Source of the DNA: Polyangiales bacterium
GTDB lineage: Bacteria; Myxococcota_A; Polyangia; Polyangiales; Ga0077539
Direction: 5' to 3'
Length of the DNA stretch: 64,000 bases
NCBI GenBank assembly: GCA_041389885.1
Contig: JAWKRB010000006.1
Location: forward strand, 67,101 to 131,100
Shown piece by piece: positions 35,537 through 45,403 of the stretch (within the stretch, counting starts at the first letter, position 1; every line of letters begins with the position of its first letter). The translations under genes and the position numbers were made by a program. A model generated the notes under the pieces. The model did not search any database. It was given only the letters and a program-made list of their open reading frames with translations, and had not been told where the DNA came from.

Positions 35537-36138
35537 CGGGCGTTCCCCCCGTTCGCGGGGCGATCCGCGGAGCCGGGGCGGGCCTCGGCGGCGTGCTCCC
35601 AGGTGGCGATGACCATGTCGTCGACGTCGTAGCGGTCGCGCTCGCCGAAGCGGCGCCGAACGCGGATCTGCGTGATCGCGATGGGGAAGGGCGCCTGCTC
35701 GAGGCGGTCCATGAAGTCGGCGAGGGCCGTGAGGCTCACCGCGCGCAGTCGAATCTGCACGCTGCGCTCGGTGAACCGACGACCGACCGTCGCCGCGGGG
35801 CGGTCCTGCGCCTCGGCGACCTGCACCTCGGCCTCGCCGGCCTTGGCCTCGACGAAGGTCGTGAGGGCGGGCGGGCGCTGTCGGTACCGCGCGAGGAGCG
35901 TCTCCCGTCGGGCGGCGCGCTGCGCGATCTCAGGGCGCAGGCGCTGGATGGTCCGCAGCGCCTCGAGGGTGTCGGCGCGCTCGGCCTCCATCGACGCGAG
36001 CCGTCGCGACGAGAGCCACGAGACCAGAAAGAACACGAAGAGCAGGGTCGCGAAGCCCAGGAGGAGCAGCAGTCGGCGCTCGCGCGGAGAGAGGCCCGCG
36101 AGGGCGCCGGTCATGGTTCCGAGTCCAGCGGCGGCCAT
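35533..36138 (-). CDS. gspM: Type II secretion system protein GspM
   Basis: The ~200-aa bitopic protein (LLLLLGFATLLFVFFLVSWL) sits between gspL and gspN. Confidence 0.6.
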   Translation of the reverse strand: MAAAGLGTMTGALAGLSPRERRLLLLLGFATLLFVFFLVSWLSSRRLASMEAERADTLEALRTIQRLRPEIAQRAARRETLLARYRQRPPALTTFVEAKAGEAEVQVAEAQDRPAATVGRRFTERSVQIRLRAVSLTALADFMDRLEQAPFPIAITQIRVRRRFGERDRYDVDDMVIATWEHAAEARPGSADRPANGGNAR

Positions 36139-36141
36139 GGC

Positions 36142-37662
36142 TCAGCTCCCCTGCCGGGTCGAGGAGGCGGTGCTCGGGCTCGCGCCGCGATCGCCTTCGG
36201 GCCTTCGGTTGCCGCGCGTCGGTCCCGGGCAGCGGAATTCGATGTCCAAGGTGTACTTCTGCCGATTGTCTCCGGGGTTCGTCTGCGCGCGCCCCGGTCG
36301 CACGTTGGGAAAGCAGGCCCAGCCGCCCAGCGCCTCGACGACGCGGTCGCGGTCCTGCAACGAGTCGACGACGCCCTGGAGCTGCACGTGCTCCCGGTTT
36401 ACATCGAGCAGCTCGATGTCGTGACGTACCGTCTCGACGATCCGCGTCGAGAGCACGCCCATGACGTCGTACGCGTCGGCCGCGGGCATCGGGTCGGTCT
36501 CCTCGGCGGTGCCCTCCCCGCGGGCCATCGACATCGCGCGCACCGGATCGTCCACGGGCTGCCCGAAGGCGTCTCGCGTGACGTGCAGCAGGGCGTCTTG
36601 CAGGCGGTCGCGCTCGGTCACCAGGCCCTGGTACCGCGCCCAGGTCGACATCGCCCAGAAGAGCACGATGGCCGACGTCGCGGCGAGCAGGTGCGGCGCG
36701 CGCTCGCGAAAGATCTTTCCGCCGCCTCGCAGGGCGAGGGGGCCGCGGCGCAGGTCGATGCGCGCGGCGCGGGTGATCCCCCGGGCGGCGAGGGCCACCG
36801 CGACCGGGGCCTCCCACAGCGACTGCGGCGACGCGGCGCCGCTGAACTCGATGGCGCCGTTGGGCAGCGGGAGCACCCGCTCGACGGGGAGGTTCGCGCC
36901 CTCCATCGCCGGCGTCGCCATGGCCTGCGCCTCCTCGCCCACGAGGTACGCCACCGTCGGCGCCGCCCCGCCCAGGCCCTGCCACGCGGCGACGGTCTGC
37001 CGAACGGAGCGCGAGCGCGCCGCGGGCGTGCTGAGGCCGTTCAGCGACCGCGCGAAGCGCACGCTCCCGTCGACCAGCAGGGCGACCTCGCCCCGCGACT
37101 CGCTGGCGTAGATCAGCATCGCCACGCCGGCCTGCGCGAGCTCGGGGATCTCCCCGGCGAGCTCGCCGAGGCAGAGCGGCCCGACGCCCACCTCGCGGGG
37201 CTCGAGGCCCGCGCCCTGCAGCGCGTCGATGAGCTCGCGCACCCGGTCGAGGTGCGCCGCGGCGGCGAGGAGCTCGATGGGGTCCTTGTGGGTCAGCACC
37301 TGCGAGTCGATCACGCACTCGTCGACGTCGAAGGGCACGTTGTCTTCGATCTCGGCGCGGAGCCCCTTGTCGCCGCGCTTGTGCACGGCCTTGGGGAGCG
37401 AGACCACGCGGAGCGACACGTCGGTGCCGGGGAGCGCGGCGTAGATCCCGTCGACCTCGACGGGCTTGGCGCCTGGGACCGTCGGCGCGAGGTGCTGCTG
37501 CACCAGCGCGGCGAGCGCCCGCGCGGCGGCGGCGAGGCCCTCGGGGCCGGGGTTTCGGTGGACCGAGTACACCCCCTCGAGCACGACCTTCTTGTACGCC
37601 GTGTGCAGCAGGGCGCACTTGAGCCTGGAATCCGTCGCTTCGATGCCGAGATAGCGGGCCAT
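36142..37662 (-). CDS. gspL: Type II secretion system protein GspL
   Basis: The N-terminal domain is actin-like and cytoplasmic (MARYLGIEATDSRLKCALL). A TM segment (LLAATSAIVLFWAMSTWA) and a periplasmic domain follow. Gene order supports the call. Confidence 0.65.
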   Translation of the reverse strand: MARYLGIEATDSRLKCALLHTAYKKVVLEGVYSVHRNPGPEGLAAAARALAALVQQHLAPTVPGAKPVEVDGIYAALPGTDVSLRVVSLPKAVHKRGDKGLRAEIEDNVPFDVDECVIDSQVLTHKDPIELLAAAAHLDRVRELIDALQGAGLEPREVGVGPLCLGELAGEIPELAQAGVAMLIYASESRGEVALLVDGSVRFARSLNGLSTPAARSRSVRQTVAAWQGLGGAAPTVAYLVGEEAQAMATPAMEGANLPVERVLPLPNGAIEFSGAASPQSLWEAPVAVALAARGITRAARIDLRRGPLALRGGGKIFRERAPHLLAATSAIVLFWAMSTWARYQGLVTERDRLQDALLHVTRDAFGQPVDDPVRAMSMARGEGTAEETDPMPAADAYDVMGVLSTRIVETVRHDIELLDVNREHVQLQGVVDSLQDRDRVVEALGGWACFPNVRPGRAQTNPGDNRQKYTLDIEFRCPGPTRGNRRPEGDRGASPSTASSTRQGS

Positions 37663-37670
37663 GCGGGGCG

Positions 37671-39089
37671 CTACTCCTCTCTCCAGTAGATGATCGTGCC
37701 GCCCTGCGACGACACCACCGCGGGGGCGCCCCCGGCGGTCTGCGTGAGCGTGACCCCCGACGCGCGGAGGAAGGTCGACGGGAGCTGCGGCTGCGGGCGC
37801 ATGTCAATGACGGCGTGCAGGCGCACGTGCGCGGCGCCCACGCTCGCCTCGGCCATGACCGAGAAGACCTTGCTCTCGGTGGTCACGCTGCGCTCGAGCT
37901 CGCCGGCGTTGCGCACCACGAAGGGCTCGAGCCCCAGGGTCTGGAGCATCGGTCCCAGGGGCGGCCGTCCCTGAATGGTCGCGACGAAGTTGCTCGCGGA
38001 GTTGAACAGCGGAATGCCCATGGACAGCGTGAGCGACTGCACCATCGTGATGGTCGTGATGAAGTTCGACGCCTGCGCGGGGTCGGTGCAGGGGCCCGCG
38101 TCGGGGGAGTATGCGCACACGATCGCGCGGAGCGTCTGCGCGTTCGCCGTGTTCACGTTCACCGCGCCCTGACCCCACACCGTGAGGGTGCGACGCCGGG
38201 GGTCGCTGGGGTCGGGGTCGACCATGGAGTTCCAGAGGTCGTCGTCGCCGAGGCCGCGCAGCATGCGCAGCTCCTGCACCGAGTCGAGGGGCGCGTTGCG
38301 CCTGCGGTACGCCGGGCGGAGCTGGCTGAAGAAGCTGTCCTCGGGCGCGGTGCTGGCGGCCTGCGCGTTGGTCGCGAGGAGGCTCTGGGCGTCGAAGGCG
38401 GTCTCGTCGAAGTCGACGTAGTCGACCACGCCCGCGATGAAGGTCTGCAGGTCGGTGAACTGCCCGTCGGCGTCGCGCTGCGCGAAGTATGGCTCGAGCC
38501 GGGGGTTGCCGCCGAGGCCCGCGAGCTGCCGCCCGAGGAGGATCTGCTGCACCGACGAGCGCACGGAGCTGTTGACGTTGATCTTCGCGTCCTCGTCGCA
38601 GATCACCACGGGGGCGAGGCCCGAGAGCCCGCCGAGGTTCGAGCCGCCGCTGTCGAGGCCCGCGAGCTCGGTGAGCATCGCGCCGCCCTCGGCCGAGCGA
38701 AACGGCCCGAGGATCAGGTCGGCCTGCTCCCAGATCGGGATCTGCGGCGGCGCGGCGAATCCGCGGCCCATCATCGCCATGAGGGGCGTGAGCACCGGCG
38801 TCAGCGCGCGACGAATCGTGGGCTCGGCGTGCAGCAGCACCCGCGCGAGGTTCACCGCGCTCTTGGCCTGGTACTCGGCGATGAGCTGGTCGCGCCCCAC
38901 CGCCGCGGCGAGGGAGTACGTGCCCACCTCGTCGCGGATCTGCTCCGCCATCACGTACAGCAGCGAGATCGCCGCCAGGACCATGATCATCGCGACGCCC
39001 CGCTCCATGGGCGCCCCGTTGCGACGACGGTGGCGCCGGCGACGTCGCCGCCGCGGTGCCTCTCTCGTCGTGTCGGGGTGGGGGCTCAT
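37671..39089 (-). CDS. gspK: Type II secretion minor pseudopilin GspK
   Basis: The N-terminus MERGVAMIMVLAAISLLYVMAEQ is a pseudopilin-like helix, and the large ~440-aa body matches GspK. The start may instead be 39008. Confidence 0.65.
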   Translation of the reverse strand: MSPHPDTTREAPRRRRRRRHRRRNGAPMERGVAMIMVLAAISLLYVMAEQIRDEVGTYSLAAAVGRDQLIAEYQAKSAVNLARVLLHAEPTIRRALTPVLTPLMAMMGRGFAAPPQIPIWEQADLILGPFRSAEGGAMLTELAGLDSGGSNLGGLSGLAPVVICDEDAKINVNSSVRSSVQQILLGRQLAGLGGNPRLEPYFAQRDADGQFTDLQTFIAGVVDYVDFDETAFDAQSLLATNAQAASTAPEDSFFSQLRPAYRRRNAPLDSVQELRMLRGLGDDDLWNSMVDPDPSDPRRRTLTVWGQGAVNVNTANAQTLRAIVCAYSPDAGPCTDPAQASNFITTITMVQSLTLSMGIPLFNSASNFVATIQGRPPLGPMLQTLGLEPFVVRNAGELERSVTTESKVFSVMAEASVGAAHVRLHAVIDMRPQPQLPSTFLRASGVTLTQTAGGAPAVVSSQGGTIIYWREE

Positions 39090-39099
39090 GTCGCTTGGC

Positions 39100-39804
39100 T
39101 CAGTAGATCGGCAGGCCGAAGGTGAGGGGGCGCGTCATCGCGAGGGCGGTCTCGCTGCGGTAGACCTTGTCTTCGCCCCGCTCGCCCTCGCGGAGCGTGA
39201 GGGTGATGCGCACGCGCGACGGCAGGCGGCCCGACTGCCCCGTGGCCTGCTGCGTGTCCCAGGTCTCGATCCAGCGCTCCTGCGCGTCGTCCCAGAAGCG
39301 CAGCTCAAAGAGCCGAATCCCAGGGATCAGCACGTCGGAGGTGCCCCCGCGCAGGGGGTCGGGGTCGAGGCGGGGAGACTCGCGGCGCATGAGGTCGTTG
39401 CCCTGCGCGAGCGAGCCCCCCTCGCCGCGGGCCTGGTCGACGCGGTAGCCCACCTCGCACGCGTCGCCCTCGTGCGTGCCCCGCCGCAGCCTGCGGTGGG
39501 TGAAGGTCGTGAGGTCGAGGGTCGAGCTGCCGTTGGCGCTCCCCGCGACGAAGGCCGTGCGAATCGACGCCAGGGACTGCTGCTGGTTGACGTGCAGCGA
39601 GAGGTACGCGCCCCGCAGGTCGCGCGTGAGCCGCTGCATCGTGACCCGCGCGAAGTGGTCGGTCTCTTGCCGCGCCGTGAGCCGCGTGCGGATGCGCCCG
39701 GTCTGGTCGAAGGCCGCCCAGATCATCGTCGCGGCCATGACCATCACGGTCATGGCGACCATGACCTCGAGGAGGGTCAGGCCCCGCTGAGACCGTCGCC
39801 TCAC
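39100..39804 (-). CDS. gspJ: Type II secretion minor pseudopilin GspJ
   Basis: The prepilin leader is QRGLTLLEVMVAMTVMVMAATMIW (G/FTLxE cleavage motif). Confidence 0.7.
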   Translation of the reverse strand: MRRRSQRGLTLLEVMVAMTVMVMAATMIWAAFDQTGRIRTRLTARQETDHFARVTMQRLTRDLRGAYLSLHVNQQQSLASIRTAFVAGSANGSSTLDLTTFTHRRLRRGTHEGDACEVGYRVDQARGEGGSLAQGNDLMRRESPRLDPDPLRGGTSDVLIPGIRLFELRFWDDAQERWIETWDTQQATGQSGRLPSRVRITLTLREGERGEDKVYRSETALAMTRPLTFGLPIY

Positions 39805-40658
39805 CGCGCGCCTCCGGGGATCGCGGGCGTCGTCGCCGAGAGCGGCCGCGGCGTGGCCGGCGCGCCTGTGCCTGGAACGCTCCCCGCGGCGCCCGCCGCC
39901 CCCGTGAGGGCCTGCTGGGCCGCGTTCAGCGCGTCGCCCGAGGGGAGGGTCTGACCCGGGTTGGTGACGTACTCCACCACGTCGAAGGAGTGATCGACGC
40001 TGCCCTCGCGCCAGCGCACGGTCACCGTCAGCCGGCGGATCGCGCCCTCCAGCAGCGGCTTCACCGAGGGGTACACCGCGGTCAGGAGCATCCCCGCCAT
40101 CTCGCGAGGGCCGGGCGCGCCAGCCCCGGCGAGGGAGCTGCCGCCCGCGCTGGGGCCGCTGGACGCGCCGCCGCCGCCCATCATCGACATGGCGCCCGCG
40201 AGGGAGCCCATGGGGTCTGAGCGCGCCGCGCCGCCGTCGCCCGGGGGCGCCGCGGGCGCGCCGGCGCGGGTGAAGCTCGACCCGGCGGCCCCCTGCGCGG
40301 CGCGGCCCAGGAGCTGGTCGCCGCCCGCGGTCTCGACCGACGCGGGGGACGGGAGCTCGATGAGCTCGACCTTCGCGTCGCAGGTGAACCCGTCGGTGCA
40401 GCAGGGGTCGTCGCCGGTGGAGGGAGGGTCGTCGAGGTCGGTCTCGGCGATGGGGAGCTGGTTGCGCACGAGGTAGGCCTCGGCCTCGACGACGCGGCAG
40501 CGCGCCATCATGGTCGCGCGGGTGATGTTGCGGGCGTGCATCGTGCTGCGCGCGGCGCCGATGTTCGAGCCGAACACCGTGGCGAGCGCCATCGAGAGGA
40601 TCGCGATGGCGATCATCACCTCGATGAGCGTGAAGCCCTTCGGCCGCGAGCGCTTCAC
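39801..40658 (-). CDS. gspI: Type II secretion minor pseudopilin GspI, unusually long (285 aa) with a Gly/Ala/Ser-rich low-complexity insert
   Basis: The GTG start overlaps the gspH stop (GTGA). The prepilin leader is KGFTLIEVMIAIAILSMALAT. The insert reads AGGDQLLGRAAQGAAGSSF…MSMMGGGGASSGPSAGGSSLAGAGAPG. Confidence 0.65.
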   Translation of the reverse strand: MKRSRPKGFTLIEVMIAIAILSMALATVFGSNIGAARSTMHARNITRATMMARCRVVEAEAYLVRNQLPIAETDLDDPPSTGDDPCCTDGFTCDAKVELIELPSPASVETAGGDQLLGRAAQGAAGSSFTRAGAPAAPPGDGGAARSDPMGSLAGAMSMMGGGGASSGPSAGGSSLAGAGAPGPREMAGMLLTAVYPSVKPLLEGAIRRLTVTVRWREGSVDHSFDVVEYVTNPGQTLPSGDALNAAQQALTGAAGAAGSVPGTGAPATPRPLSATTPAIPGGAR

Positions 40659-41383
40659 GGTCGCGCCTCCTGCATGCGCTGCTCGCGGGCGTCGACCTCG
40701 AGGCTGTCGTTCTCCTCGCGGGCGTCGGTCGCCGAGGGCGGCTCGACGGCGTGGTCGATGATCTGCGTGCGCCCCGAGAGCCCGTTGAGCGTCACGGAGT
40801 AGATCACGCCGTCGGCGCCGCGCAGGTGCACCACGGCGCGCTCGCACACGCCGCCGGGGAAGAAGTAGACATACCCGGTGCCCTCGGTGCGCGCGTCCTC
40901 CTCGTGCTGCGCGTAGACGCGGGTGACCACGACGCCGTCCTCGAGGGTGCGCTCGCGGTAGCGCGCCCCGGAGGGCCGCGCGAACTCGGCGCGGGGCGTG
41001 CGGGGGCGCAGCTCGGTGATCAGCGTGGCCCGCTGCCGCGCGGCCTCCTCGGCGGCCACGGCCTCCTCGCCGGGCGAGGCGCCGCCCAGGCGCAGCGGGT
41101 CGTTGGGGTCGAGCACGTGGGCGTCTTCGGTGTCTTCGATCCACACGCGGTTGTCGTTGAGCGGGAGCACCACGCGGGTGGGGCGCCCGGTCGAGAGCGC
41201 GTGGACGTAGGCGAAGCGAAACGCCGACGCGAGGTGGGCCGAGCCCGCGCGGAGCCTGCCCCGGCGCACCGCGCCGAAGCCCACCACCGCGGAGGACATC
41301 ATCATGCCGGCGATCAGCATCACCACCATGATCTCCAGGAGCGTCATGCCGCGCTCCCGGGGCTGTGTCCTCCGCGGCCTCAT
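40655..41383 (-). CDS. gspH: Type II secretion pseudopilin GspH
   Basis: The prepilin leader is RGMTLLEIMVVMLIAGMMMS. The gene lies between gspG and gspI. Confidence 0.65.
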   Translation of the reverse strand: MRPRRTQPRERGMTLLEIMVVMLIAGMMMSSAVVGFGAVRRGRLRAGSAHLASAFRFAYVHALSTGRPTRVVLPLNDNRVWIEDTEDAHVLDPNDPLRLGGASPGEEAVAAEEAARQRATLITELRPRTPRAEFARPSGARYRERTLEDGVVVTRVYAQHEEDARTEGTGYVYFFPGGVCERAVVHLRGADGVIYSVTLNGLSGRTQIIDHAVEPPSATDAREENDSLEVDAREQRMQEARP

Positions 41384-41386
41384 CGG

Positions 41387-41809
41387 TCAGTTTCGAGCGG
41401 CCCGCCGACGGGGGATGTCGTCTTCGTTGCCCTCGGTGCCGTCGGGGCCCTTGGAGCGCACGGTGACCTCGCCGTCCTCGCAGCTGATCAGGTACTCGTT
41501 GTCCCAGGGGTCGCGGTCGCGGGCGCTGCGGTTGATCTTCCCGTCGCTCTTGAGCTGCGCCATCGTCGGGCAGCCGGAGTGATCGGTCTGCCAGAGCTGC
41601 ACGGCGTTCTCGATGGTGCGGGCCTCCTGCTCCGCCGTCTTCACCCGCGCCTCCTTGAGCTGGTTGAACACCGCGATGCCGACGGCGCTGGCGATCATGC
41701 CCATGATCACCACCACGATCATGATCTCCACGAGGGTCATGCCGCGCTGCGCAGCGCGGGCCGCGCGCGAAAGCGCCTGCCTGTGTCTCGGTCGTTCGGT
41801 CTTCTTCAT
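41387..41809 (-). CDS. gspG: Type II secretion major pseudopilin GspG
   Basis: QRGMTLVEIMIVVVIMGMIASAVGIAV is the leader, and the C-terminus DPWDNEYLISCEDGEVTVRSKGPDG matches the GspG C-terminal signature. The product is 140 aa. Confidence 0.8.
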   Translation of the reverse strand: MKKTERPRHRQALSRAARAAQRGMTLVEIMIVVVIMGMIASAVGIAVFNQLKEARVKTAEQEARTIENAVQLWQTDHSGCPTMAQLKSDGKINRSARDRDPWDNEYLISCEDGEVTVRSKGPDGTEGNEDDIPRRRAARN

Positions 41810-41838
41810 CACACACCTCTCGCGGTCGCCCCGCGTGG

Positions 41839-42303
41839 TCATTCGATGGTCCCCGTGGCCAGCAGTCCGTCTGGAATCCCCTGGGAGCGCACGTCGGCGC
41901 TGCCGGGGCGCCGCACCCCCGGGCAGGTGAGCTCGAGCGGGTGCCCCCAGCCGTCGGCGCGCGCCTCGGCGAGGTAGCGCGGGCTGAGCTCGGAGCGCTG
42001 CGGCGGGTTCACCAATCTGGCGATGCCCGAGGGGCATCGCCCGTGGTCGGCGCGGAACGACTCCACCGCGCGCTCGACCGACGCGATGGCGGCGCGGGTG
42101 GCCTCGATGCGCCTGCGCCGCGTCGAGACCGCGCCGAGTCCCCAGAGGCCGGCGACCGCGGCCGCGAGGGCGAGCAGCGAGCCCGCGTGGCGCACCTGCG
42201 CCCACTCGGGGAGCACCGCGCGCCGCTCCCAGTGGAACACCACGTTCGACGACGGCTCCCGCCGGCGGCGCCGCTTGCGCTGGCCGAGGACCTCGCCCGT
42301 CAT
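41839..42303 (-). CDS. GspG-like pseudopilin-domain protein lacking the canonical prepilin leader
   Basis: A hydrophobic helix (SLLALAAAVAGLWGLGAV) is followed by ATRAAIASVERAVESFRADHGRCPSGIARLV…DGWGHPLELTCPG, which is GspG-like, but there is no G-F/M-T-L-x-E cleavage site. Its start overlaps the gspF stop. Confidence 0.45.
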   Translation of the reverse strand: MTGEVLGQRKRRRRREPSSNVVFHWERRAVLPEWAQVRHAGSLLALAAAVAGLWGLGAVSTRRRRIEATRAAIASVERAVESFRADHGRCPSGIARLVNPPQRSELSPRYLAEARADGWGHPLELTCPGVRRPGSADVRSQGIPDGLLATGTIE

Positions 42304-43589
42304 TGCGCGAACTCGTTGAGCTGGAGCAGGGGCATCAGGATGGAGAACGCGATCACCCCCGAAGAACCTCCCATCACCACGATCATCAGCGGCTCCAGGA
42401 GCGAGGTGAGCACGGCGACGCGGCCGTCGATGGCGCTGTCATAGCTCGCCGCGACGGCTTCGAGCATCGACTCGAGCTCGCCCGAGCGCTCGCCGATGGC
42501 GATCATCTGCGTGACGATGGGGGGGAATCGCCCGCTGCGCTTCAGCGGCTCGGCGATCGACTCGCCCTCCTTGATCGACGCGCTCGCCTCGGTGATCACC
42601 GCCTCGAGGACCTTGTTCTCCATGACGTTCTTGACGATGTCCATCGCCTTGAGCAGCGCCACGCCGGAGGAGAGCAGGGTCGCGAGGGTGCGGGTGAAGC
42701 GCGAGATCGCCACCATGCGCGTGAGCTCGCCGAAGATCGGCACCGCGAGCTGAATCGCGTCCCACTTGTAGCGGCCCTCGGGCGAGCGGCGCCAGCGCTC
42801 GAAGAGGTAGCCCACGCCGCCCATCGCGAGGGCGATGAGCCACCAGAAGCGACCGAGAAAATTCGAGGTCCAGATCAGCGCCGAGGTGTACCAGGGCAGC
42901 GCGGCGCGAAAGTCTTCGAAGATCGCGCTGACCTTCGGGACCACCACCACCATCATCACCCCGAGGATCACCACCCCCATCAGGGCCATGAACGCGGGGT
43001 AGGCGAGGGCGCCCACGACCTTGTTCTTGAGCTTGACCTGCCCCTCCATGAAGTCGGCCAGGCGCGCGAGCACGGCCTCCATGGTGCCCGAGGCCTCCCC
43101 GGCGGCGACCATGTTCACGTAGAGGTTGGGGAAGAGCAGCGGGTGCAGCGCGAGGGCGCTCGCGAAGGACGTGCCCTCGTTCACCTTCGCGCGCACGTCG
43201 GTGTAGGCCTCGCGCAGGTCGTCGCTCTCGATCTGCTCGATGAGCGCGTTGAGCGCGTCGACCAGGGGGATGCCCGCCTTCACGAGGGTCGCGAGCTGCC
43301 GCGTCGAGAGCGCCACCGCGCTGCCCTGGTTGGTGGCGAGGCGCTGCACCCGCTTGAGGATCCTCGCGAGGCCGGGCGCCCGCTCGGCGAAGGAGCCCGC
43401 GGGCGCCTCGCCCTGCGCGGCCTTCGAGGCGGAGCGGGCCGCCGGCGCGTTGGCGAGGGGGGTCGCCGCGTCGAGAAAGACCCCCTTGCGCTTGAGCGCC
43501 TGGCGCACGCCCTTGACGTCGTCGGCGTCGAGGGTCCCCCGGACCGTCTTTCCGCGCGCGTCGATGCCGGTGTACGCGAAGTGGGCCAT
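42300..43589 (-). CDS. gspF: Type II secretion inner-membrane platform protein GspF
   Basis: The product has the duplicated GspF/PilC domain architecture (LVKAGIPLVDAL…, LLSSGVALLKAMDIV…) and three TM helices. Confidence 0.8.
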   Translation of the reverse strand: MAHFAYTGIDARGKTVRGTLDADDVKGVRQALKRKGVFLDAATPLANAPAARSASKAAQGEAPAGSFAERAPGLARILKRVQRLATNQGSAVALSTRQLATLVKAGIPLVDALNALIEQIESDDLREAYTDVRAKVNEGTSFASALALHPLLFPNLYVNMVAAGEASGTMEAVLARLADFMEGQVKLKNKVVGALAYPAFMALMGVVILGVMMVVVVPKVSAIFEDFRAALPWYTSALIWTSNFLGRFWWLIALAMGGVGYLFERWRRSPEGRYKWDAIQLAVPIFGELTRMVAISRFTRTLATLLSSGVALLKAMDIVKNVMENKVLEAVITEASASIKEGESIAEPLKRSGRFPPIVTQMIAIGERSGELESMLEAVAASYDSAIDGRVAVLTSLLEPLMIVVMGGSSGVIAFSILMPLLQLNEFAQ

Positions 43590-43597
43590 CGCAGCGC

Positions 43598-45382
43598 CTA
43601 GACCTCGTCCTGGGTTGCGGCGAGCACCTCTTCGAGGGTGGTGTGACCCTCGAAGACCTTGCGGATCCCGTCGTCTCGCAGGGTGTCCATGCCCTCATCG
43701 ACGGCGGCGCGCCGCACCGTGGGCGAGTCGCTGTTCTTCAGCACCAGGGCGCGCACCGCGTCGGTGATCAGCAGGAGCTCGTAGATGCCCGTGCGCCCCT
43801 GGTACCCCGTCTTCTGGCAGTCGACGCAGCCGACCGCGCGGTACAGGGTGATGGGCCTGCCGTCGACGTAGTCGCGGGCCACCGCGCCCGCGGTAGAGCC
43901 CCCGAAGGCCGACTTCGAGTAGCGCGTCGCGGCGCGGCCGATGCGCGAGGCCATGCGCGCCCGGTCGACGCCCACCCGCGCCAGGTCGACGTCGCTCGGC
44001 GTCCACGGCTGCTTGCACTTGGAGCACAGCACCCGCACGAGCCGCTGCGCGAGGATCGCCAGCAGCGACGAGGTGAGGTGAAAGTTCTCGATCCCCATCT
44101 CGACGAGGCGCGTGAGCGCGCCGGCGGCGTCGTTGGTGTGAATCGTCGAGAGCACGAGGTGGCCCGTGAGCGACGCGTGCACCGCGATCTCCGCCGTCTC
44201 CTTGTCGCGAATCTCGCCCACCATGATCACGTCGGGGTCCTGGCGGAGAAAGGCGCGCAGGCACGACGCGAAGGTCAGCCCGATCTTCGGGTTCACCTGC
44301 ATCTGCGAGAGGCCGCCGATGTCGTACTCGATCGGGTCCTCCGCCGTCAGGATGTTGATGTCAGGGCTGTTGACCTTGTTCAGGCACGCGTAGAGCGTCG
44401 TCGTCTTGCCCGAGCCCGTGGGTCCGGTGACCAGCACGATCCCCTCGGGGCGCTGGATGAGGTCGTGCATCAGCTCGAGGCGGTCGGGCGCGAAGCCGAG
44501 GTCCGTGAGCTCGAGCATGACGCTCGCCTTGTTCAAGATACGCATGACCACCCGCTCGCCCGCCCCCTGGCCCACGGGGATGGTCGAGACGCGGATGTCG
44601 ATGTCCTTCGCGCCGATCTTGAACCCGATGCGCCCGTCCTGCGGCAGGCGCTTCTCGGCGATGTTCAGCCCGCTCATGATCTTGATGCGGGCCACGATGC
44701 TCGGCAGCACCGACTTGGGCGCCGTGCGCATTTGATAGAGCGCGCCGTCGATGCGGTAGCGAACCACCACCACGCCGCTGTCGGGCTGGATGTGAATGTC
44801 GCTGGCGCGCTCCTTCACCGCCTCGACGAAGAGCGAGTTCACCCAGCGGATGATCTGCGCGTCCTCGTCGCTCTCGAGGATGTCGGCGCGCTCCTCGCCC
44901 TCGCCCTCGGCGGCGCTGGTGAGCTCGTTGGTGCGGTTGAGCTCCGCCTGCGCGCGGTTGATCGCGTCGAGCACCAGCGTCGGCGTGCCCGCCACCGGCT
45001 CGAGGTTGCGCCCGAGGACCATGCGCAGGTCGTCGAGGGCGAAGGTGTCGAGGGGGTCGCCGCAGGCCACCACGAGCGTGCCCCCGTCGAGCTCTCGCAC
45101 GGGCAGGATCTGGTGGGTGCGGGCGAAGCTGAAATCGAAGTTCTTCTCCTTCAGCAGCGCGATGGGGATCTCGTCGGTCTTCGGCAGCTGCGTGGCGTAG
45201 GGCATCCCCGACTCGGTCGCGAGCGCCAGGGCGAGGGGGCCCTCGTCGACCCCCGCGCGGGCGAGGGCCTCCAGGAGCGCGCTGGCCTGGTCAGCGCCCG
45301 CGAGCGCCTCGTCGAGCACCTCGGGGGCGACCACGTTGTGCCGCCTGAAGACCTCGGCCATGTAGTGCGCGGAGTTCAGCAC
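43598..45382 (-). CDS. gspE: Type II secretion ATPase GspE
   Basis: Walker A is GPTGSGKTTTLYA. The Asp box and Walker B are DPDVIMVGEIRD. The His box is GHLVLSTIHTND. The tetracysteine motif CSKC…CVDC carries a ~50-aa insert. Confidence 0.85.
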   Translation of the reverse strand: MLNSAHYMAEVFRRHNVVAPEVLDEALAGADQASALLEALARAGVDEGPLALALATESGMPYATQLPKTDEIPIALLKEKNFDFSFARTHQILPVRELDGGTLVVACGDPLDTFALDDLRMVLGRNLEPVAGTPTLVLDAINRAQAELNRTNELTSAAEGEGEERADILESDEDAQIIRWVNSLFVEAVKERASDIHIQPDSGVVVVRYRIDGALYQMRTAPKSVLPSIVARIKIMSGLNIAEKRLPQDGRIGFKIGAKDIDIRVSTIPVGQGAGERVVMRILNKASVMLELTDLGFAPDRLELMHDLIQRPEGIVLVTGPTGSGKTTTLYACLNKVNSPDINILTAEDPIEYDIGGLSQMQVNPKIGLTFASCLRAFLRQDPDVIMVGEIRDKETAEIAVHASLTGHLVLSTIHTNDAAGALTRLVEMGIENFHLTSSLLAILAQRLVRVLCSKCKQPWTPSDVDLARVGVDRARMASRIGRAATRYSKSAFGGSTAGAVARDYVDGRPITLYRAVGCVDCQKTGYQGRTGIYELLLITDAVRALVLKNSDSPTVRRAAVDEGMDTLRDDGIRKVFEGHTTLEEVLAATQDEV

Positions 45383-45403
45383 GCTTCGACCTCCATCGGC
45401 GCC

